From an uncultured Acidobacteriota bacterium (lineage in GTDB: Bacteria > Acidobacteriota > Vicinamibacteria > Vicinamibacterales > JAKQTR01): a DNA stretch of 64,000 nt. How positions within the stretch are numbered: the stretch's first letter is position 1; every line of letters begins with the position of its first letter. The notes under the pieces are model-generated. The model saw only the letters and a list, made by a program, of their open reading frames with translations, did not search any database and was not told where the DNA came from. The position numbers and the translations under genes were made by a program. Location of the stretch: NCBI GenBank assembly GCA_963813325.1, contig CAWEYM010000002.1, positions 70,391 through 134,390 on the forward strand. The letters run 5' to 3'. Of the stretch, positions 17,756-25,274 are shown piece after piece.

Positions 17756-18912
17756 TGAGGCGTGGGAATCGACGAGGAATGGCGACTCGGGTCGCGCTTG
17801 ACCCGGTAGGCGCGCATCAGGAATTTCGCGTATGGGAAGAACTGCTTCATCGCGCCGACGTTCACCTGGCACGGGCTCAGGCAGTGCTTGCAGATGGTGT
17901 CCTTGAACGCCTCGCGGTCCGCGATGTGCTCAGCCTTGAAGTACAGGGCTTCGGCGTCCGTGTCGGCCACGTTCCCGATCGACTTGGAGTTCTCGCAGTA
18001 GAACAAGGCGCCGTCCGGGTTCAGCAGCAGACCCTGCGACTGGAACGGGCAGGGCATCGTCCGGACGTAGCCGTTGGCGATCATGTCCGCGTAGTGCAGG
18101 TACATGAACGCCTGCCCGCTCAGCACCGACTCTTCCTCGACGCGATCGAGGAAGAACTGCCGCATGAACTCCTCTTCCTGGCCCTTGAAGCCGATCGACT
18201 GCTCGAGGTCCTTGTTCCCCAGCATGGCGTCCGTGAACCGCAGCATGTTGAAGACGATGTCGAGGTTCCGGTCCTTCGCCCATGCCAGGATGTTCTTCGC
18301 GTCCAGCATGTTGGTGGCGAAGATGGTCGCCGCGAGACCGAACTGGAAATTCGGGTACTCGAAGGCCAGTCGCTCCATCGCCTCGATGGTCTCGAACGCC
18401 TTGTCGAAGCCGTGCTTGACGTGCCGCACCTGGTCGTGGATGTCGCCGATGCCGTCGAGGGACACGCGGATGCTGACGGGGATGTCCTTGTCGGCGCAGA
18501 ATTTCACGATGCGGCTGAACTGCGGGATCGCCCGATGCGGCGTGAGCCCTGTCGTGTTGATGCCCAGCTTCCGCAACCGCGGCAGGCGCCGCACGAACAG
18601 TTCCACCATCTCCGGCAGGTCGTTGCGCGTGGTCGGCTCGCCGCCCGAGATGTTCAGGTTCTCGATGGCGCCCCAGAAGGGATGCGCCATGACCCGGTCG
18701 AGTTGCTCGAGCGACAGGTCCGACTTGCGGTCGCCGCGCTTCCAGTTGTGGCACATCTCGCAGCGCGCGTCGCAGACGAACGTGCAGTTGTAGATCAGGA
18801 CGGTCGGCCGGATTGGCTTGATCTTCGCCGCGATGAACGTGTTGGCCAGGTCGCGCGGCACGCCGGCCGCGGTCTTCGCCAGATACTGGAGAGTGAACGT
18901 GTTCTTGGACAT
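17752..18912 (-). CDS. Radical SAM protein with C-terminal SPASM/twitch-like Cys cluster
   Basis: Contains CDARCEMC (CX3CX2C), CPFQSQGLLLNPDGALFYC (CX12GX4C) and CKHCLSPC. ATG at 18912 is preceded by GGAG. The in-frame extension to 19017 is probably untranslated, because the promoter lies inside it. Confidence 0.85.
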   Translation of the reverse strand: MSKNTFTLQYLAKTAAGVPRDLANTFIAAKIKPIRPTVLIYNCTFVCDARCEMCHNWKRGDRKSDLSLEQLDRVMAHPFWGAIENLNISGGEPTTRNDLPEMVELFVRRLPRLRKLGINTTGLTPHRAIPQFSRIVKFCADKDIPVSIRVSLDGIGDIHDQVRHVKHGFDKAFETIEAMERLAFEYPNFQFGLAATIFATNMLDAKNILAWAKDRNLDIVFNMLRFTDAMLGNKDLEQSIGFKGQEEEFMRQFFLDRVEEESVLSGQAFMYLHYADMIANGYVRTMPCPFQSQGLLLNPDGALFYCENSKSIGNVADTDAEALYFKAEHIADREAFKDTICKHCLSPCQVNVGAMKQFFPYAKFLMRAYRVKRDPSRHSSSIPTPQ

Positions 18913-18963
18913 GTGAGCGGGGGCTCCGCCGCAGCACCGGGCCTGGCCCGGCCGCAACGTTCC

Positions 18964-18992
18964 ATCGTAGCCTGCGCACAACGGGGGGTCAA
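18964..18992 (-). promoter_or_regulatory. Sigma-70-type promoter TTGACC-N17-TACGAT
   Basis: On the minus strand: TTGACCccccgttgtgcgcaggcTACGAT, about 50 nt upstream of the rSAM start codon. Confidence 0.5.
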
Positions 18993-19021
18993 CCTGAGGG
19001 GAGGCGGCGAAAGCCATGGGC

Positions 19022-19045
19022 GGGGCGCCACCTGGGTGGCGCCCC
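19022..19045 (-). terminator. GC-rich hairpin (10-bp perfect stem, 4-nt loop) after the lipoprotein gene
   Basis: GGGGCGCCAC-CTGG-GTGGCGCCCC lies about 15 nt downstream of the stop at 19060. There is no U-tract. Confidence 0.4.
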
Positions 19046-19059
19046 GCCCGCGGGAGGTC

Positions 19060-20226
19060 CTACTGGCAGCCCGGGCGCGGCTGGTAGGTCTTCGGGTAGA
19101 CGTAGTCGGTCCCGGCCTCACCCCACGTCAGCCGGAGGGGCACGCTCGTGTTGTCGTAGTCGAACCCGATATCCACGCCAATCCAGACGCCGTTCTTCTT
19201 GTAGTCCAGGAAGTCGATGCTGATCTCGGGGCCGCCGCGCTTCAGGTTCCACGCCAGGTCCATCCCGCCGCAGATGCCGGCCTCGATCATCCGGTCACGG
19301 ACGTAAGCCATGTTGGCCTTCCGCACGTCGAGAGACACGCCACCCCGGAGGCGATCGGGATAGTGACTCTCGGCCCACCTGACCACGTCCGGCCCGTTCG
19401 TCGGCCACCCGCCCGGCGGCGGCGGGTCCGGCGGCGGCGGGTCCGGGGGCGGCGGCGGTTCGGGCGCGGTCGGTGTCAGAAACGTCTGCGTCGGCGACCA
19501 GGCACCGGTCGTGTTGGGATCGTAGGCCCGCACGCGCCAGAAATATCGCTTGTCGTAAGTCAGTTCCTGCGCCAGCCGGAACTTGGTCTCGGTGGCCTGC
19601 TCCGGGACCGTCACGACGGCCACGATCGCGGTGAACGGCTCGTTCTCGGAGATCTGGAAGGTGTAGGCGATCGCGCCGACCGGGCCCGACCGGGAGGCGT
19701 TGCGGGTCTTGAACTCCGGACGCTCACTGTTCGTGCGGACGCCCCCTACCGGGCTGATGGGCTGCGGCACGCCCAGGTCGACGGGCGTGTAGACCGTAAA
19801 GCTGGCCGCGGCGGAGTAGGGCCCGGTATTGGCGCCATCCAGCGCCCGCGCCCGCCAGTAGTAGGTCCGGTCTGGGGCCAGCGCGTCGGGCAGTCGAAGG
19901 CTGGTCCGGCCGTTGCCGCCGGGTTCGACGCCCTCGCGGTTGAACACCTTCTGCCTGAACTCACCGTCCGTGGCAATCTCAAAAACGTAAGACAGGGCGC
20001 GCTCACCGTTGGTCGATGCGTTCTCGATGAGCAGCGTGACCGGCTGCTCCGTCGTCTTGACGGGGACGCCCTGGGGTTCGAGAGGCTTGGGCGCCGTGAT
20101 GTTCACCCCGGCGATCGGGCCCGCAATCGACGGGCTCGTTGGATTCTTGCTCTTTTCCGCCCCGCAACCGGCCAGCATGGCGACCGCCAGACCGCAGGCG
20201 AGGATGCCAGATGCCGTGTGTTTCAT
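19060..20226 (-). CDS. Lipoprotein with two tandem beta-sandwich-like repeats, a poly-Pro linker and a C-terminal globular domain
   Basis: Has the lipobox LAGC at MKHTASGILACGLAVAMLAGCG. The repeats end ..RTYYWRARALDGANTGPYS..FTVYTP and ..KRYFWRVRAYDPNTTGAWS..FLTPT. The linker is PEPPPPPDPPPPDPPPPGG. Confidence 0.75.
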   Translation of the reverse strand: MKHTASGILACGLAVAMLAGCGAEKSKNPTSPSIAGPIAGVNITAPKPLEPQGVPVKTTEQPVTLLIENASTNGERALSYVFEIATDGEFRQKVFNREGVEPGGNGRTSLRLPDALAPDRTYYWRARALDGANTGPYSAAASFTVYTPVDLGVPQPISPVGGVRTNSERPEFKTRNASRSGPVGAIAYTFQISENEPFTAIVAVVTVPEQATETKFRLAQELTYDKRYFWRVRAYDPNTTGAWSPTQTFLTPTAPEPPPPPDPPPPDPPPPGGWPTNGPDVVRWAESHYPDRLRGGVSLDVRKANMAYVRDRMIEAGICGGMDLAWNLKRGGPEISIDFLDYKKNGVWIGVDIGFDYDNTSVPLRLTWGEAGTDYVYPKTYQPRPGCQ

Positions 20227-20290
20227 GACCTGATGACCCCGTGAATGAGTCTAGACAAGGACACGCCGGGCGTGGTCCACCCCCGCTTCC

Positions 20291-20306
20291 TCCAAGTATC
20301 GTGCCG
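20291..20306 (-). promoter_or_regulatory. Sigma-54-type promoter candidate cGGCACGatacTTGgA
   Basis: The minus-strand reading CGGCACGATACTTGGA matches TGGCACG-N4-TTGCW at 13 of 16 positions with correct spacing. It lies about 65 nt upstream of the lipoprotein ATG. Confidence 0.35.
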
Positions 20307-20320
20307 AGGGCCGGGAGACT

Positions 20321-21331
20321 TTAGGCTGCCACGGAACCGCGACCAATGTAGGCCACCGCGCCGGATAGGGAAAACAGGATGATGAGCGCGGCCCCGACGA
20401 ACGACACGATCAGGGCCGACTCGATCGGCAGGCCAAGGCGGGTGAAATAGAACGAAAAGGTGGCTTCCCGCACCCCGAACCCGTTCACCGACACAGGCAG
20501 CATCTGGACGATGAACGAGATCGGCACGATCACCGCCAGGTGCGCCGCCGAGACCGGGATGTGCATGCTGTGGACGATCGCCACGTAGAAGCCCACCAGG
20601 ACCACCTGAACGACGACCGCGCCGCCGAAGCAGGCCAGGAGGGAACGAGGCTGCTTGCCGAACCGGCCGAGCGCCGCCGTGAACCGGGCAATCCGTTCGT
20701 CCACCCACTCCTGGTGGAACACCCGGAGCGGGCTGAGGAGCTTGCCGATGCCCTGGGGCATGAAGACGATGGGCAGCGCGATGATGACGCCGGCGCCGAA
20801 CACCGCCCACAGGAGCGGGGCAGCCCGAAGCCCCCTGGCGTCAGCCGTAACCAGCGAGGCCCCGAACGCGGCTACGAGGAAAAGCCCGAGGAGTCCGATC
20901 CCGCGGTCCATCAGCACGATCGTCGTGGCCAGGGTTTTCGACCCAGCCTGCTGGACCGTGTCCCGAATGCGAATCACATCCCCGCCGATGTTGCTCGGGA
21001 GGAAGTTGTTGAAGAACGTGGCCACCAGGTAGGAGTTCACGAGGCGCGAGCCCGGAACCTGGATATGCTGGGCCTGCAGGAGCAGATGCCACCGCCAGGC
21101 GCTGACCAGGAGCATGACCAGGTAGAGGCCGAGGGCCGCACCGAGCCAGAGCGGCGAGGCCGCACGCAGATAGGTGCCCAGGCGCGAGAAGTCGGTCTTC
21201 GAGAACAACAGCGCCAGCAGGCCGCCACTGACGGCAATCTTGAATGCCAGAATCAGAAGCCGACGGGTGAGGCTTGGTGCCGAGGTGGGGTCGGTGGCGT
21301 CTTGCATGCAGGAATCGAGGCCGGTCGCCAT
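20321..21331 (-). CDS. Flippase-like / LPG-synthase-TM-region family (UPF0104) membrane protein, paralog 2
   Basis: Carries SAWRWHLLLQAQ and NNFLPSNIGGDVIRIRD and has a multi-TM layout. An alternative ATG lies at 21307. Confidence 0.75.
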   Translation of the reverse strand: MATGLDSCMQDATDPTSAPSLTRRLLILAFKIAVSGGLLALLFSKTDFSRLGTYLRAASPLWLGAALGLYLVMLLVSAWRWHLLLQAQHIQVPGSRLVNSYLVATFFNNFLPSNIGGDVIRIRDTVQQAGSKTLATTIVLMDRGIGLLGLFLVAAFGASLVTADARGLRAAPLLWAVFGAGVIIALPIVFMPQGIGKLLSPLRVFHQEWVDERIARFTAALGRFGKQPRSLLACFGGAVVVQVVLVGFYVAIVHSMHIPVSAAHLAVIVPISFIVQMLPVSVNGFGVREATFSFYFTRLGLPIESALIVSFVGAALIILFSLSGAVAYIGRGSVAA

Positions 21332-21431
21332 GGCCGGACATGAGCCGGCCGTCAGCGGAAGGCTACCATGCGCGGCACGAGGTGTCCACCCCTAAAGGCT
21401 TCAGAGAAGGGAAGTTCCGGACATCGCCGCG

Positions 21432-21460
21432 TTGACCTTTGCCGCCCGCTCCCCTACAAT
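21432..21460 (+). promoter_or_regulatory. Sigma-70-type promoter TTGACC-N17-TACAAT
   Basis: TTGACCtttgccgcccgctccccTACAAT lies about 60 nt upstream of the GT4 start at 21520. Confidence 0.55.
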
Positions 21461-21519
21461 CGGTCGATTGGTCGGATGGCGCCCATCTCGCAGGGGGCGC
21501 GCGCCTGCTTGGCATCGCG

Positions 21520-22707
21520 ATGCACATTCTGATGATCGCGCCGGAGCCGTTCTTCGAGCCCCGGGGCACGCCCTTCAGCGAATATCACCGGATCCGGGCC
21601 CTGGCGGATCTGGGCCACACCGTGGACCTGGTGACCTATCCGTTCGGCCGTGACGTCGCGCTGCCGGGACTCCGCATCTTCCGGGCCGCGCGGCCTCCAC
21701 TGGTCCACCGCGTCAGGATCGGGCCCTCGATGGCGAAACTCCCGCTCGACGCGTTGCTGGCGGTGAAAGCGTTTGCGGTGGCGCGCCGGGGCCGGTACGA
21801 CCTGGTCCACTCTCACGAGGAAGGGGCTGCGATCGGCATCGCCGTGGCCCGTCGGCTCGGGGTGCCGCACCTCTACGACATGCACTCGAGCCTGCCCGAG
21901 CAGTTGGCCAACTTCCGCTTCAGTCAGTCGAAGCTGCTGACCGGGCTGTTCCGGCGGCTGGAGCGGCGCGTCGTCGGTCGTTCCCGGGTCGTGATCGTGA
22001 TCTGCCGCCACCTGGAAGAGGTCGTGCAGCGCATCGACCCTGACGCCAGGACGGTGCTGATCGAAAACGCGCCCGGCGCCGGCGAGGCCCGTCCCATCCA
22101 GGGGCCCAACCCCGTGCGCGCGCAGCTCGGCCTGGCTCCGGACGAGCCGATCGTGCTCTACACCGGGACCTTCGAAGCCTATCAGGGCCTGGACCTGTTG
22201 TTTGCCGCCATGCGGACGGCCCTTGGTCGCGTCCCGCGCGCGAAGCTGGTGATGGTCGGCGGGCATCCGGACCAGGTGGAGCGTGCCAGGCGCGAGGCCG
22301 CGCAGGCTGGCGTGGCCGGCTCGACGATGTTCACCGGCGAACGGCCATCCGACGAGATCCCGCTGTACCTCGATGCCGCCGACGTGCTGGTGTCGCCGCG
22401 CAGCCGCGGCAAGAACACGCCGCTGAAGATCTATCAGTACCTGCGCGCCGGCCGGCCCATCGTCGCAACCGCCCTGCTGACCCACACGCAGGTGCTCGAT
22501 TCGAACGTCGCGATCCTGACCGAGGCGACGCCAGCGGCCTACGGGCAGGGCATCGCCGAGGCGATCCTGAACCGCGAACTGGCAACCGCGATCAGTCGGC
22601 GGGCGCGCGAGCTGGCGGACACGAAGTACACCTACGAGGCGTACGTCGAGAAGACGAAGCGGGCGATCGGGCTGCTGGCCGAGCCGGCGATTGCGGAGGG
22701 TGCGTGA
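21520..22707 (+). CDS. Glycosyltransferase family 4 (GT-B)
   Basis: Begins MHILMIAPEPFFEPRGTPFS and has a GT-B C-terminal domain with PRSRGKNTPLKIYQYLRAGRPIVAT. Confidence 0.85.
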   Translation: MHILMIAPEPFFEPRGTPFSEYHRIRALADLGHTVDLVTYPFGRDVALPGLRIFRAARPPLVHRVRIGPSMAKLPLDALLAVKAFAVARRGRYDLVHSHEEGAAIGIAVARRLGVPHLYDMHSSLPEQLANFRFSQSKLLTGLFRRLERRVVGRSRVVIVICRHLEEVVQRIDPDARTVLIENAPGAGEARPIQGPNPVRAQLGLAPDEPIVLYTGTFEAYQGLDLLFAAMRTALGRVPRAKLVMVGGHPDQVERARREAAQAGVAGSTMFTGERPSDEIPLYLDAADVLVSPRSRGKNTPLKIYQYLRAGRPIVATALLTHTQVLDSNVAILTEATPAAYGQGIAEAILNRELATAISRRARELADTKYTYEAYVEKTKRAIGLLAEPAIAEGA

Positions 22708-23501
22708 GCCGGCCGGAGCCCGGTGGTGTTCCGGCGCCTGGCACGGGGGCAGGCGGCCCCGAACGGGACCATTACAGCTATCGTGTGTACGCCGACCCCT
22801 CGATGGCCGAGCAGTTCGAGGCCGCCCGCTTCGGTGGCGCGATCGGACAGCTCCTGGCGCGGAGCCAGGAAGACGTGCTGTTCCGGTTCCTCGGGCCGCT
22901 CGAGGGCGTGGCCGTGCTGGATGTCGGCACGGGCACGGGACGGGCGGCGCTGGCGGTGGCCCGGAAGGGTGCGGCCGTCACGGGCGTCGACGCGTCGCCG
23001 GAGATGCTGCGGGTCGCCGTCGAGCGGGCCGCCGCCGCCGGCGTGGCGGTTCGATTCGAGGTGGGCGACGCGCACGCCCTGGCGTTTCCGGACCGGTCGT
23101 TCGACGCGGCCGTCAGCCTCCGTGTCCTGATGCACACGCCCGACTGGCGGCGGTGCCTCGGAGAGTTGTGCCGCGTGTCCCGGTCGCGTGTCGTGTTCGA
23201 CTACCCGTCGGCGACGAGCGCCGCGGCAATCCAGGCCCTGGGGCGTCGCATGGTGGCCGCGACGGGGCGAACCGTGGAAGCCTACCGGGTGCTGCGCGGC
23301 GGCGCGATTCGCGCGGTCCTCGAAGCCCACGGCTTTCGCGTCAAGGGGGTGCACCGCCAGTTCGTCCTGCCGATTGCCGTGCACAAGCTGATCGGGTCGC
23401 GTGGATTCACGGAGGGCGTCGAGCGCGTGCTGGCGGCCGTGGGCCTGCTCCGGCTGTTTGGCTCCCCGGTCACCGTGGTAGCCGAGCGATGCGAGTTCTA
23501 G
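22704..23501 (+). CDS. Class I SAM-dependent methyltransferase
   Basis: Has motif I VLDVGTGTGRAA and ends motif II-like. The GTG start overlaps the upstream TGA (GTGA). Confidence 0.8.
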   Translation: MSRPEPGGVPAPGTGAGGPERDHYSYRVYADPSMAEQFEAARFGGAIGQLLARSQEDVLFRFLGPLEGVAVLDVGTGTGRAALAVARKGAAVTGVDASPEMLRVAVERAAAAGVAVRFEVGDAHALAFPDRSFDAAVSLRVLMHTPDWRRCLGELCRVSRSRVVFDYPSATSAAAIQALGRRMVAATGRTVEAYRVLRGGAIRAVLEAHGFRVKGVHRQFVLPIAVHKLIGSRGFTEGVERVLAAVGLLRLFGSPVTVVAERCEF

Positions 23502-24511
23502 TCACCGGCGCCACCGGGTTCACGGGCGGGCATCTGGCGAGGGGCCTTCGGGCCCGCGGGCACGATGTGCGGGCGCTCGTGCGCCGGCTGGAGAGCGGGG
23601 CCGAGGACCTCGAGCGACTGGGTATCGAGTTGTGCGAGGGCAATCTCACGGACCGCGGGTCGCTCGGGCGCGCCGCCGACGGCGTGCAGGTCGTCTATCA
23701 CGTTGCCGCCATCTACCGGCAGGCCAGTGTGGGGGCGGCCGAATACGCGGCGGTGAACGCCCGCGCGGTCCAGTGGCTGGTGGAGGCCGCGGCACAAGGC
23801 GGGGCGGTCAGGCTGGTGCATTGCAGCACGGTGGGTGTGCACGGCGACGTCGAGCACCCGCCGGCGGGCGAGGACGCGCCGCTGCGTCCCGGTGACGAGT
23901 ACCAGCGCACCAAGCTCGAGGGCGAGCGGCTGGCCCGGGCCGCCGCGGAGCGGACGGGTCTGGAACTGGTCATCGCCCGGCCCAGCGGGATCTACGGGCC
24001 GGGAGACCGCCGGCTGCTCAAGCTGTTTCGGGGCGTGGCGCAACGTCGATTCGTCACCCTGGGATCCGGCGAGATCTTCTACCATCTGACGTACATCGAC
24101 GACCTGGTCGAGGGATTCCGGCTCTGTGGCGAGGTGCCGGCGGCGGCAGGCCGGACCTACATTCTGGCCGGGGGTGAGGTCACGCGGTTGAACGAACTGA
24201 TCGGCCTGATTGCCGGGGAAGCCGGCGTCCCGCCCCCGCGCCTGCACCTGCCCGTGTGGCCGTTCTGGGCGGCGGGCGCGCTGTGTGAGGCCATCTGCGT
24301 GCCCTTGCGGATCGAGCCGCCGCTCTACCGTCGCCGCGTGGACTTCTTCACGAAAAGCCGCGCGTTCGACATTTCACGGGCACGAGCCGAACTGGGATTC
24401 GCCCCGCAGGTCGGCCTGCGGGAGGGCATCCGCCGGACGCTGGCGTGGTACCGCGCCCAGGGCTGGATCCAGGGCCCCGGCAGGCGGGGATCGGGGAAGG
24501 GCGATGACTGA
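23489..24511 (+). CDS. NAD-dependent epimerase/dehydratase (SDR)
   Basis: Begins MRVLVTGATGFTGGHL with an extended SDR fold. It overlaps the upstream gene by 13 nt. Confidence 0.85.
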   Translation: MRVLVTGATGFTGGHLARGLRARGHDVRALVRRLESGAEDLERLGIELCEGNLTDRGSLGRAADGVQVVYHVAAIYRQASVGAAEYAAVNARAVQWLVEAAAQGGAVRLVHCSTVGVHGDVEHPPAGEDAPLRPGDEYQRTKLEGERLARAAAERTGLELVIARPSGIYGPGDRRLLKLFRGVAQRRFVTLGSGEIFYHLTYIDDLVEGFRLCGEVPAAAGRTYILAGGEVTRLNELIGLIAGEAGVPPPRLHLPVWPFWAAGALCEAICVPLRIEPPLYRRRVDFFTKSRAFDISRARAELGFAPQVGLREGIRRTLAWYRAQGWIQGPGRRGSGKGDD

Positions 24512-25274
24512 GACGCGCGCGATTCCCAAGGCGCAGGAGCAGTTGTTCGACGCGCGGTCGTCGGCGCTGCAGAAGTACGCCGCGCTCGTGGTCGGCCGCC
24601 CGGGCATATGGGCGCTCGTCAAGCACGAGTTCGTGACCCTGCTGAGCCAGGCGGTGCCGGGCGCGCTCGGGCTCGTGCTGCGCAAGCTGCTGTACCCGCA
24701 ACTGCTCGGCGCCTGCGGGCGCAACGTCGTGTTCGGCCAGAACGTCGTCCTGCGCCACCCGGGCAAGATCCGCATTGGCGACAACGTGGTCGTCGACGAC
24801 AACTGCCTGCTCGACGCGAAGGGCGATCGGAACGACGGCATCAGGATCGGCAGCGGGGTGTTCGTGGGACGGAACACGATCCTCTCGTGCAAGAACGGCG
24901 ACATCACGCTCGGCGATCGCGCCAACATCGGGTTCAACTGCGAGGTGTTCTCGGCGAGCCGCGTCACGATCGGGTCGGACACCCTGCTGGCCGCGTACTG
25001 CTACGTCATCGGCGGCGACCACGACTTCAGCGACACGACGAAGCCGGTGCTGGCCGGCGAGCGCAGTTCGGCCGGCGTGTCGATTGGCGACGGGGTCTGG
25101 ATGGGTGCGGGCGCCAAGATCCTCGACGGCGTGGACATTGGCCAGCACGCCATCGTCGGTGCCGCCGCCGTCGTCCGGCAGGCCGTGCCGGCCTACGCCA
25201 TCGCGGCAGGCGTGCCCGCGAAGATCATCGGCACACGGGCGCCCGAGCCCGCGTCGGGACACGGACCATCATGA
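24504..25274 (+). CDS. Left-handed beta-helix (hexapeptide repeat) acyl/acetyltransferase
   Basis: Has repeated [LIV]G-x4 hexapeptides (IRIGDNVVVDDNCLL, IRIGSGVFVGRNTIL, VSIGDGVWMGAGAKIL) and an N-terminal TM-like segment. Confidence 0.8.
   Translation: MTETRAIPKAQEQLFDARSSALQKYAALVVGRPGIWALVKHEFVTLLSQAVPGALGLVLRKLLYPQLLGACGRNVVFGQNVVLRHPGKIRIGDNVVVDDNCLLDAKGDRNDGIRIGSGVFVGRNTILSCKNGDITLGDRANIGFNCEVFSASRVTIGSDTLLAAYCYVIGGDHDFSDTTKPVLAGERSSAGVSIGDGVWMGAGAKILDGVDIGQHAIVGAAAVVRQAVPAYAIAAGVPAKIIGTRAPEPASGHGPS

Noticed and set aside
18913-19017. 35-codon Cys-containing in-frame extension of the rSAM ORF (MAFAASPQVDPPLCAGYDGTLRPGQARCCGGAPAH) as a fused or leader RiPP precursor
   Set aside because: A near-consensus TTGACC-N17-TACGAT promoter lies inside this stretch. 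A GGAG RBS precedes the internal ATG at 18912, so the extension is probably untranslated leader or promoter DNA.
17719-20244. 841-aa ORF on the plus strand
   Set aside because: It is antisense to the radical SAM gene and the lipoprotein gene and has no motifs. It is a shadow ORF.
21506-21522. TGGCATcgcgATGCA resembling a sigma-54 promoter before the first GT4 gene
   Set aside because: The GG-to-GC spacing is one nucleotide short and the element overlaps the start codon. A much better sigma-70-type promoter lies 50 nt upstream.
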